IMG/VR virus record: IMGVR_UViG_3300027769_000106
Location: 1-28,725 of that record
Strand: one strand, 5' to 3'
DNA: 28,725 nucleotides
From: a virus
Lineage: Duplodnaviria; Caudoviricetes
Part shown: positions 1-6,867 of the stretch, piece after piece
How the letters are laid out: each line of letters begins with the position of its first letter
Position numbering within the stretch: the stretch's first letter is position 1
Notes under the pieces: model-generated
Told to the model about the DNA's origin: nothing
What the model saw: the letters and a program-made list of their open reading frames with translations, nothing else
Databases searched by the model: none
Position numbers and translations under genes: made by a program

Positions 1-450
1 ACCGAACTTGAACAATTTAACTTGCCCTTCGTTCTCGGGATGCTTTGGATCACTTACGATGTACACGTTAGCAATATAATTGAGTTTACGCTTTTGTTTG
101 CGTACAATCTCTTTGTTGGCTTCTACGCCAGAATTCCACAAACGATTGTTGTGTTCACACACGGGACATTGCTGATTTTTGGTTGTCAAGCAGTTGTCAA
201 TAAGCCAACCACCAGGACCTTGAAAGCCATGTGAAAAGATTTTGACCCATGGAAGGCCATCATCACCGTCTTGTGGAGATGCAGGAAGAAATCGGATGGT
301 TGCCATGCCGTTACCTGCTTTGTCAACCTCTGGTCGCCAGAAGTTTTCTTTGTCAGATGCACCTTCAGTTGATGCATTGAGTTGTTCAATCGCCTTGGTT
401 AGCTTGTCCAAATTACCAGACGATTTTTTAAGTTTAGAGAAATCTACCAT
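1..450 (-). CDS. gp32: T4-like single-stranded DNA-binding protein gp32 (3' end runs off the window; absent from ORF track)
   Basis: Manual translation from ATG at 450: MVDFSKLKKSSGNLDKL...FWRPEVDKAGNGMATIRFLPA...LPWVKIFSHGFQGPGGWLIDNCLTTKNQQCPVCEHNNRLWNSG...RKQKRKLNYIANVYIVSDPKHPENEGQVKLFKFG. Has the gp32 core motifs with His/Cys zinc ligands and sits in the T4 order 33-59-32. Confidence 0.97.
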   Translation of the reverse strand, partial: MVDFSKLKKSSGNLDKLTKAIEQLNASTEGASDKENFWRPEVDKAGNGMATIRFLPASPQDGDDGLPWVKIFSHGFQGPGGWLIDNCLTTKNQQCPVCEHNNRLWNSGVEANKEIVRKQKRKLNYIANVYIVSDPKHPENEGQVKLFKFG

Positions 451-491
451 AATTTACCTTTCGTATTAACGGAGTATAGTGTATAAACGGA

Positions 492-500
492 TTATCCACA
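492..500 (+). promoter_or_regulatory. Perfect DnaA box (TTATCCACA) at the predicted gp32 transcription start
   Basis: Exact 9-mer, separated by 6 nt from the -10 hexamer at 507-512. Confidence 0.5.
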
Positions 501-506
501 TGATGC

Positions 507-535
507 ATTATATAACATTATTTAGGCGTTGTCAA
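507..535 (-). promoter_or_regulatory. Consensus sigma70 promoter for gp32 with an embedded late-promoter-like CTAAATA (519-525)
   Basis: TTGACA (535-530), 17 nt spacer, TATAAT (512-507). Confidence 0.85.
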
Positions 536-1020
536 AAGTAAAGTTTCAACATTGCCAAGGTGTTAGGCACATCCCTATGCCAGATTGCATGACCACCTGC
601 TATACGCCAATCAGTAATGACAGTTTCCGTGTCATCAATGATGAGAGTGTCCTCTCTGGCATATTCTTTCTTTAGTTGTTTACCCGGTACAAAATTACGT
701 TTGAATGTAATTCCGTGGGAGTTCAACCAAATCTCTTTTTGCTTTGAAATGTTTTCGTGACTGTCTTGTCGAGCAGTCGATGAAAGTATCTCTGTCGGCA
801 CTGGTGCATTTCGTAAAAACTCCAGTAATTCACTAGCGTGTGGCATCATTTCAAGTGTTTCAAAGTTTTGCCCATGAATGAATTGATTGAACAGATTAAA
901 TTGTTTTTTGTCCCGAATTTGGTCTGGACTCTCATTGAATAGTTTTTTGTAACGGGCAACAAAGTCGCATATTACACCATCCATGTCCAGGTAGATGCAA
1001 GAAATTTTTAGTTTACTCAT
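532..1020 (-). CDS. HAD-superfamily 5'(3')-deoxyribonucleotidase-like phosphatase
   Basis: IYLDMDGVICDF motif I, ILSS motif II, LIIDD motif IV. Confidence 0.85.
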   Translation of the reverse strand: MSKLKISCIYLDMDGVICDFVARYKKLFNESPDQIRDKKQFNLFNQFIHGQNFETLEMMPHASELLEFLRNAPVPTEILSSTARQDSHENISKQKEIWLNSHGITFKRNFVPGKQLKKEYAREDTLIIDDTETVITDWRIAGGHAIWHRDVPNTLAMLKLYF

Positions 1021-1021
1021 A

Positions 1022-1780
1022 TTATTTCCAGTGAAATGGGCACTTGGCCTGTTTTTTCTCGGCTGTAGTTTTCTTAGCTCTCATCATTTTAGTTAGACCA
1101 TTATGAAAGAAATATTTAAATGGTTTGATTTTGACTTTCTTAACATCATCAACCACTTCATACCTCAATTCAACATCCTCATCAGTTAGTGGTATAAATT
1201 TTGCAAGTGGACTACCAGCCTTAATCATTATTTCTTTGTTACCTTGGTTCTTATTGACCATCAAAAAAACATTTGTGGTTGTCTGATTATAGAAGTCTGT
1301 GATACCAGGTGTAATTGAATAACAATCTGAATTGACAGCAAAAACATTTTGTGTCATAAGAAATTTAATGTCTCTGTTGCAAGTAAATTCCCATGGAGAT
1401 TCCATTTTAAATATGTGGTATAAATCCAATGCTCCCGCAGATTGTTCATCTTCATGGTAAGCAATTCGGTTATCAGCCGAAGCAATGGCTCGAGCATTAC
1501 CATTATGCATTACAATTGAATATTCTGCCCACATGGGTACAATAAAACCATAATTATTAAAATTATTGATGCCATAACAAGAACGTATTGTTGATTGCTT
1601 TTCTGGAGCATTGTCAACAAACGGACTATTTCTTTTGTCTAGTTTTTGAAACTTTGATTCTAATGTTTTGTAATAAGGAGGATAATTTTTATTGGCTTCA
1701 ACAACTGGAAACATCTCCAACAATGTTGGATCATCCGTGTATGCTGTCAATACTATTTTTTCTTTTTTAAACAGAAACAT
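1022..1780 (-). CDS. Hypothetical phage protein, possibly dUTPase-like beta fold
   Basis: 252 aa ORF coupled to both neighbours; GFIVPMW, SPW, ITPGITDF, IKAGSPLAKFIP pattern; C-terminal CPFH. Confidence 0.55.
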   Translation of the reverse strand: MFLFKKEKIVLTAYTDDPTLLEMFPVVEANKNYPPYYKTLESKFQKLDKRNSPFVDNAPEKQSTIRSCYGINNFNNYGFIVPMWAEYSIVMHNGNARAIASADNRIAYHEDEQSAGALDLYHIFKMESPWEFTCNRDIKFLMTQNVFAVNSDCYSITPGITDFYNQTTTNVFLMVNKNQGNKEIMIKAGSPLAKFIPLTDEDVELRYEVVDDVKKVKIKPFKYFFHNGLTKMMRAKKTTAEKKQAKCPFHWK

Positions 1781-2393
1781 GTTCTTTCAAACTTTCTTTC
1801 AAAATCAATTTCAATTTATCCTTATCAAATTCAATGAACGGTGTGTACTTTTCAATTCTTCTTTTCCATGATGGCCAAACAACATCATCTGTTATTTTTT
1901 TAGACCACATAGGCAAGAAATTCATAATGTTATTAAGTATACACACCGTTTCAAAATTTATGGTACCGTAAGTCAACTCTTTTAAGAGTAACGGATACTG
2001 ACCATCTTCTACCACCAACATTTCATTTGGTGATTGTGTTGCGTTGAGAAGACCTATTATATCTTGTTCGAATCTATAAGTCAAGCTCTGATTTCTTTTT
2101 TGCCATTGTTTATATGTTTCTTCACCTTCCAGATTGGCAATCTCACCAATCCAGTTGGATTCGGTAACGAGGAAGTTAGCCACATAAAAGTTCTTTAAGT
2201 CTTCCAGTTTGTATTTACGGGATAACTTATAGAATGTATACTTATCTTTCCTGATGGCAAAGTTATCTCTGGTAACGTTGGTCTTACCGTGATACTTAAA
2301 ATAATCGTAGCTATCAGTAATAAAATGAAGTTTGATGGCATTATATAAAGCAAAGGCGGAAAATCCAGAACCTTCTTCAAGCGAAAAAATCAT
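1767..2393 (-). CDS. gp59: Helicase loader gp59
   Basis: YNAIKLHF..DSYDYFKYHGK, RKDKYTFYKLSRKY, FYVANF, ETVCILN, KYTPFI; lies between gp33 and gp32. Confidence 0.93.
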   Translation of the reverse strand: MIFSLEEGSGFSAFALYNAIKLHFITDSYDYFKYHGKTNVTRDNFAIRKDKYTFYKLSRKYKLEDLKNFYVANFLVTESNWIGEIANLEGEETYKQWQKRNQSLTYRFEQDIIGLLNATQSPNEMLVVEDGQYPLLLKELTYGTINFETVCILNNIMNFLPMWSKKITDDVVWPSWKRRIEKYTPFIEFDKDKLKLILKESLKEHVSV

Positions 2394-2611
2394 ATCGGCA
2401 ATTTAGAACTTTTCTTCAATAGGTTTAACTCTTGTGCTTCTTCACGAATTTTCGCCTTCAAGGCATTGGAGACCAATAGTGATGCAACATCAACCTCCAT
2501 GCCAGTTTGTTCACAATGGTGAATGATTGCGTCCATGTGTGTACCACCTAAGGTGTATGACAATCTGGAAATCATTTCACTAAAATCATTAATTTCTGTT
2601 TTCGTAGGCAC
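2390..2611 (-). CDS. gp33: Late-transcription coactivator gp33
   Basis: MDAIIHHCEQTGMEVDVASLLVSNALKAKIREEAQELNLL; directly upstream of gp59. Confidence 0.9.
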   Translation of the reverse strand: MPTKTEINDFSEMISRLSYTLGGTHMDAIIHHCEQTGMEVDVASLLVSNALKAKIREEAQELNLLKKSSKLPI

Positions 2612-2613
2612 AA

Positions 2614-3105
2614 TTATCCTCTAGTATAAAAAATGTGGTTGCCAATCTTCTTCACAACTCTGATATTGGTCCAACCGGGGTTAACATAGACTGCATGGTA
2701 GAACATTGCCTTGGTCTTGGCAAGCTCTCTGTGTAATACTGATTCTGTTAATGCCCTTTTAGCAATGTACAAGCATTCTTCCCATGCATATGAATCCTTA
2801 ATTGGATTAACATTCTCGCAAGTCCATGTGAATTGGCAGGTTGAACCAGTTTTCTGGTAAACAACACCGCAAAAGTCAGCTGGGTATCTCTTGCTGTTTG
2901 CACGATTAATGGTGACCTGAGCAACGGCCAGTTTTCCTTCGTGTGATTCTCTCGCTGCTTCATAGTAAATGTTTTTAGCCATACAAATAATTTGCTTGTT
3001 AATGTCTGATCCAACTTGTTCCTTGAGTGTTGGTTCATACTGTTTGGCTGATATCGGTATACATAACGAGGTAAATACAATCAATAAAGTTTTTGACAAC
3101 TTCAT
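2614..3105 (-). CDS. SleB/Hydrolase_2-family cell-wall hydrolase with N-terminal signal or anchor
   Basis: CMAKNIYYEAARE..GKLAVAQVTINR, CGVVYQ, CQFTW, FYHAVYVNPGW, IGNHIFY. Start moved to ATG 3105, which follows AAGGAG. Confidence 0.92.
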   Translation of the reverse strand: MKLSKTLLIVFTSLCIPISAKQYEPTLKEQVGSDINKQIICMAKNIYYEAARESHEGKLAVAQVTINRANSKRYPADFCGVVYQKTGSTCQFTWTCENVNPIKDSYAWEECLYIAKRALTESVLHRELAKTKAMFYHAVYVNPGWTNIRVVKKIGNHIFYTRG

Positions 3106-3144
3106 TTGTTCTCCTTGTGTGTGTTTGGGGTTAGACCCCAACCC

Positions 3145-3417
3145 TCAAGACGATTTCTTGGTAACTTTTGGAAGTTCCATAGGAATGTTAGACACGAAAC
3201 CATTCAAGGTTTGAGCCTTGCTGATAATTTCTGTTTCTGAGGGAGTTTGTGGTAAAGCCGGATGTAAAGGTGGTGTTTCACCTTTGGCTTTTGCGCTTTC
3301 ACATTGTACGTGCCATTCAGATTGAATGCGGTCACGTTGAGCATTATATTCATCATACAACATATCTCTTGCCATTTTTAAAAGCTCAAGACGAATTTCA
3401 AAGGGTGTCATTGACAT
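3145..3417 (-). CDS. Hypothetical protein of T4-like phages
   Basis: MTPFEIRLELLKMARDML...EIISKAQTLNGFVS; strong SD AGGAG. Confidence 0.8.
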   Translation of the reverse strand: MSMTPFEIRLELLKMARDMLYDEYNAQRDRIQSEWHVQCESAKAKGETPPLHPALPQTPSETEIISKAQTLNGFVSNIPMELPKVTKKSS

Positions 3418-3476
3418 GGTTTTCTCCTGTGTGTAAAGTGTATGGGGTTTTTATTGGGAACCCATAACCCATTATC

Positions 3477-3483
3477 TATTTAG
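3477..3483 (-). promoter_or_regulatory. T4-type late promoter candidate (CTAAATA)
   Basis: Variant of TATAAATA upstream of the 3145-3417 gene; similar NTAAATA at 519-525, 5056-5062 and 6196-6202. Confidence 0.5.
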
Positions 3484-4016
3484 AAGCCTACGGATACTGT
3501 AAGTCCTACTGCACGATCCTGAATGTCTTGGTAGCTTTGGCTAACACCCAAACCAACAGATACTTTGCTGATGACTGGCATGTCGTAGCTAGCAAATACT
3601 ACGGATTGTTTTGGATTTGCGCTATCCCAATTTACACGGGTCTTAGCACCAGCCATGGCATAACCAGGACCAACCTTAACACCAGCGTTTGCGCCAACTA
3701 GACCATACTCATATGGCTTTGCACCAGCACCACCATTATCGAAACCAACACCAACGAATGGGTTGATACCGAAAACTGTCTTACCTGCGGTAAGTTCCAA
3801 ACTATTGAACATAGATTGGTTGTCATTGGTACGTGCATTACGATTTTGTAATCCAAGATTGAAACCACCCAATGAGGTACCAGCACGAACATATTGTGCG
3901 ATACTTTGTTGGTTGGTTACACGGTCAGTAACTTGGTCTACACCATACGAAACAAAACCACCGGCCTGTGCGGCTGCGGCGACTGCAATTAAACTTGCGA
4001 TTGCGATTTTCTTCAT
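3480..4016 (-). CDS. Small outer-membrane beta-barrel protein
   Basis: Sec signal MKKIAIASLIAVAAAAQA, alternating amphipathic Gly-rich strands, C-terminal beta-signal VGLTVSVGF ending in Phe; SD AGGAG. Confidence 0.8.
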   Translation of the reverse strand: MKKIAIASLIAVAAAAQAGGFVSYGVDQVTDRVTNQQSIAQYVRAGTSLGGFNLGLQNRNARTNDNQSMFNSLELTAGKTVFGINPFVGVGFDNGGAGAKPYEYGLVGANAGVKVGPGYAMAGAKTRVNWDSANPKQSVVFASYDMPVISKVSVGLGVSQSYQDIQDRAVGLTVSVGF

Positions 4017-4031
4017 TAAAACTCCTTAGTT

Positions 4032-4070
4032 AAAAAAATGGTTGGTTATTCTGTTACGAGGAAACCAACC
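4032..4070 (-). terminator. Rho-independent terminator ending the tmRNA gene
   Basis: Stem GGTTGGTT/AACCAACC (4040-4047 and 4063-4070) followed by a T7 run on the minus strand. Confidence 0.75.
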
Positions 4071-4354
4071 GAAACCCTAGTCAGCGTTTAGGCTGCCAAT
4101 GCGAACTGTGAGTCGTTTGCGTTTACTTTGATTTAGTTTTAACATCTTCTCTGATGAGCTGTCCACTTCTGTACTTGTTGCCCTGTCGAAACTATGCAGC
4201 CCCATCAAAAGTATACTGGTTTAGATTATGTGGATGTCCGTGATACCTTAGTCATCTTCATTATCGCACGGCGCAGACCTTTATACTTTTGGTGGAGCTG
4301 GGGGGATTTGCACCCCCGTCCAGAACACTTTTCTAGTTGCTTCATACAACCATA
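4032..4354 (-). ncRNA. ssrA: Circularly permuted (two-piece) tmRNA: acceptor piece ~4354-4290, intervening sequence 4289-4204, coding piece 4203-~4032, tag ANDSQFALAA* at 4120-4088
   Basis: The 3' tRNA-like end GACGGGGGTGCAAATCCCCCCAGCTCCACCA lies upstream of the 5' end GGGGCTGCATAGTTTCGACAGGGC. Acceptor stem GGGGCUG/CAGCUCC has the G3.U70 alanine determinant. Resume codon GCA opens ANDSQFALAA-TAA. Confidence 0.95.
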
Positions 4355-4360
4355 ACTTAA

Positions 4361-4389
4361 ATTATAACACAATAAAATTAGTTTGTCAA
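4361..4389 (-). promoter_or_regulatory. Consensus sigma70 promoter of the tmRNA gene
   Basis: TTGACA (4389-4384), 17 nt spacer, TGtTATAAT extended -10 (hexamer 4366-4361). Confidence 0.88.
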
Positions 4390-5040
4390 TTTCTTTTCAG
4401 TAACTTCACCAATTAGTTGGTTAGTATTTGATGATGTTACTATTTTTTCAAATCCAATTTTAAGTGGATCATTACTACCAACAAGCATATATGCCTGATC
4501 TGGAATTAACCCGATTTGTTGCAATGCTTTCCATGTGTGTGGATTTGACATTGCATTACGAAGTTTTGTTGGTGATGGTAGTCCCGTTGAAATAACTTCC
4601 GCATAAATTTCTTTACCAATCATTGCAGTAAATTCATTAGCCGCATTTGCTTCAAACATTTCTTCATCCGTGTATGGTGTTCCGTCAAGATGTTTTATTC
4701 TAGTGGGTTCGGCAATCTCATAACATTCAGCCAATAGATTTTCTAAAATCTTAATTTCTTGTCTGTTCAATTCAAATGCTTCAATTTGAATTTGTAAACC
4801 GGTCTCAAATTCTAAAATATCTGCTTCCATATTAAGTATAACGTGTGGTAATGCATTACTATCTTTTAAACTTTGTAACTCCATTAGTTTTGAATTATGT
4901 CTCATCTCTGATATTTTTTCACCATGACTTGTACGAATTCTACCTTCATAAAAACCTTTTAATGTTTTTATCTTTTCCCAAACCGTTTCACCTATAACTT
5001 GATAACGATAGTTAAATTCTGTATTCAATTTTGTCGGCAT
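4378..5040 (-). CDS. Hypothetical helical/coiled-coil protein
   Basis: 220 aa ORF, SD AAGGA, late-like TTAAATA at 5056-5062. Confidence 0.75.
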   Translation of the reverse strand: MPTKLNTEFNYRYQVIGETVWEKIKTLKGFYEGRIRTSHGEKISEMRHNSKLMELQSLKDSNALPHVILNMEADILEFETGLQIQIEAFELNRQEIKILENLLAECYEIAEPTRIKHLDGTPYTDEEMFEANAANEFTAMIGKEIYAEVISTGLPSPTKLRNAMSNPHTWKALQQIGLIPDQAYMLVGSNDPLKIGFEKIVTSSNTNQLIGEVTEKKLTN

Positions 5041-5077
5041 AATTTTTCCTTTATATATTTAATTCACACAATTTAAA

Positions 5078-6172
5078 TTAACCAAAACAAGCTCCTGATG
5101 TGCCGTATCTTCCAACGCCAGGAGCAATTAGTTCACTAGCAACGACACCTGTATTTGATACTAAGTTTGTTACTGTTGCAAATGCAAAATCGTTGCCATA
5201 TCCAAAAATTCCTTTGTCACCGCCATAACCAGTGCCTGCTAAATATTCCCTACCACGACCAGCAATACTATTATCAGTGCCAACAACACCAGTATTTGTA
5301 ACTAAATTACTTAACTGCATTTCTACGTAATTTTGATTTTGTGCGCCATAGGCAAACAATGCTTTATCTAGACCATAACCAACAGCCGCCAAACCTCTTC
5401 TTCTGGTACCAACTCCTGCTACGTCTGCGGCCAGGACACCCACATTTGATACTAAGTTTTTCATTGAAACTCCACTGTTGTAATTTGTGCCATCATTTCC
5501 ATAAGCAAATATTGCTTTGTCACCACCATAACCTGCGGCCGCCAGACCGGTTCTTTTGGTACCAACACCAGTTACATCAGTGGCAACAACACCTGTATTT
5601 GATACTAAGTTTGTCATGTGTTGAAAAGGTCCTTGATCCCCAAATCCAAAAATTGCTTTGTCACCACCATAACCTGCGGCCGCCAAATTCGCACGACCAG
5701 ACCTGCCACCGCCGAGGTCGGAGGTACTTGCAAGTACACCCGTATTCGACACCCTGTTTACGTAATTCACTGCACCATAAAATCGATCAAATCCAAATCC
5801 AAAAATTGCTTTGTCACCACCATAACCTGCGGCTGCCCGATATGCCATTTCTTTTCCAATAAGTGGCTGATTTGGCAAAGCAATGCCGGTGTTGGGAGTA
5901 TCTGTTCCAACAACACCAGTATTTGTTATTATATTGGTAATATTATTTTCTTTTCCTGTATTTTGAGTTACGCCAAATCCAAAAATAGCCTTTTGTTGTG
6001 GCTTAGGATTTGAACTTTTACCATAAAAATTACTCATTGAAATTTGTCCGGATACAATTGCTGCAAGATTTCTAACATCCGCATCATTTAAACTGATAGA
6101 TGCCGTTGCACTTTTATTCAGTTCCGTATTCACTTGACCTAACGATATTGATCCACTTGATTGTAATGCCAT
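5078..6172 (-). CDS. Gly-rich repeat protein, probable six-bladed beta-propeller with a tail-fibre/adhesin-type N-terminal module
   Basis: N-terminus MALQSSGSISLGQVNTEL...SGQISMSNFYGKS, then six ~50 aa repeats (R..LAAAGYGGDKAIFGFG...TNLVSNTGVVATD); late-like ATAAATA at 6196-6202. Confidence 0.7.
   Translation of the reverse strand: MALQSSGSISLGQVNTELNKSATASISLNDADVRNLAAIVSGQISMSNFYGKSSNPKPQQKAIFGFGVTQNTGKENNITNIITNTGVVGTDTPNTGIALPNQPLIGKEMAYRAAAGYGGDKAIFGFGFDRFYGAVNYVNRVSNTGVLASTSDLGGGRSGRANLAAAGYGGDKAIFGFGDQGPFQHMTNLVSNTGVVATDVTGVGTKRTGLAAAGYGGDKAIFAYGNDGTNYNSGVSMKNLVSNVGVLAADVAGVGTRRRGLAAVGYGLDKALFAYGAQNQNYVEMQLSNLVTNTGVVGTDNSIAGRGREYLAGTGYGGDKGIFGYGNDFAFATVTNLVSNTGVVASELIAPGVGRYGTSGACFG
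5145..5833. repeat. Intragenic exact direct repeats
   Basis: 29-mer ATTGCTTTGTCACCACCATAACCTGCGGC at 5511, 5652 and 5805; 26-mer ACACCTGTATTTGATACTAAGTTTGT at 5145 and 5589. Confidence 0.9.
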
Positions 6173-6206
6173 TTACTTTCCTTGTTATTATTCTATATTT
6201 ATTTCA

Positions 6207-6866
6207 TCAGCTGTTTTTATGGTAAAAATCAATAGCTTTTACAAGTCCTTCAATGTGATCCTGTGTTTTTTCTTTGAAAATCATTGGTTGTTCATTGTCC
6301 ACGGCCATGATAATTACCAAATCATCAATAGGTGTACCAACCAATTCTTCATACATCAATGCGTATGCAGTACATTGCCAAAAATAATCTAAAATATCTT
6401 CACGCTTTTTGATCTTTTTTGAAGTCTTGAAATCAATGACTGTTAACCTACCTTCATATTCACCAATACAGTCCACACGACCAGCCAAACCAAGTTGTGA
6501 TGACCATAGACCAACCTCTTGATAGTGTATGTTATTTATCTTGTTTAGGTATGGTTTGATTGATATGAACATTTCCTTCGCATCCGGCATCACAACACCT
6601 GGTGGCTTTGGCTCATTATTCAAATAATGTTCACACAAAGTATGCATATTTGTACCACGGGATGTAGCGTGTTTGGATATCTTGTTAGCAACTTCTTCAC
6701 CAACTCTGCGGCGCCACTCCATGATGGCCTGTTTCTTTTGAGCACCCACCACCGTGGTCACCGATGGTAATTTCTTACCTTCTGGTGTGACATAATATCT
6801 TTTCCCGTCAGAAAAAGTTTGAGATTCAATTTTTGGAATCTCTTTTGGTGGGCAATAATTAAACAT
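6207..6866 (-). CDS. PD-(D/E)XK exonuclease
   Basis: RYYVTPEG.KLPSVTTV, RGTNMH, LAGRVDCI, VIDFKTS, QCTAYALM motifs. Confidence 0.9.
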   Translation of the reverse strand: MFNYCPPKEIPKIESQTFSDGKRYYVTPEGKKLPSVTTVVGAQKKQAIMEWRRRVGEEVANKISKHATSRGTNMHTLCEHYLNNEPKPPGVVMPDAKEMFISIKPYLNKINNIHYQEVGLWSSQLGLAGRVDCIGEYEGRLTVIDFKTSKKIKKREDILDYFWQCTAYALMYEELVGTPIDDLVIIMAVDNEQPMIFKEKTQDHIEGLVKAIDFYHKNS

Positions 6867-6867
6867 A

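Noticed and set aside
22-469. ORF-track calls 22..234, 186..389 and 242..469
   Set aside because: Shadow frames of gp32, which the track missed because it runs off the window edge.
4290-4330. tRNA-Ala or tRNA fragment (attP-like)
   Set aside because: No anticodon or D arm upstream. The matching 5' acceptor strand and tag frame lie downstream, so it is part of the permuted tmRNA.
5511-5833. CRISPR-like array of 29 nt repeats
   Set aside because: Periods of 141 and 153 nt are multiples of 3 and too long for spacers; the repeats encode the protein repeat and no cas genes are present.
5078-6172. Diversity-generating retroelement target
   Set aside because: No reverse transcriptase in the window and no template/variable repeat pair differing only at adenines.
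6207-6866. Cas4 as a sign of a CRISPR system
   Set aside because: Lacks the four-Cys Fe-S pattern; matches the ordinary phage PD-(D/E)XK exonuclease found beside phoH.
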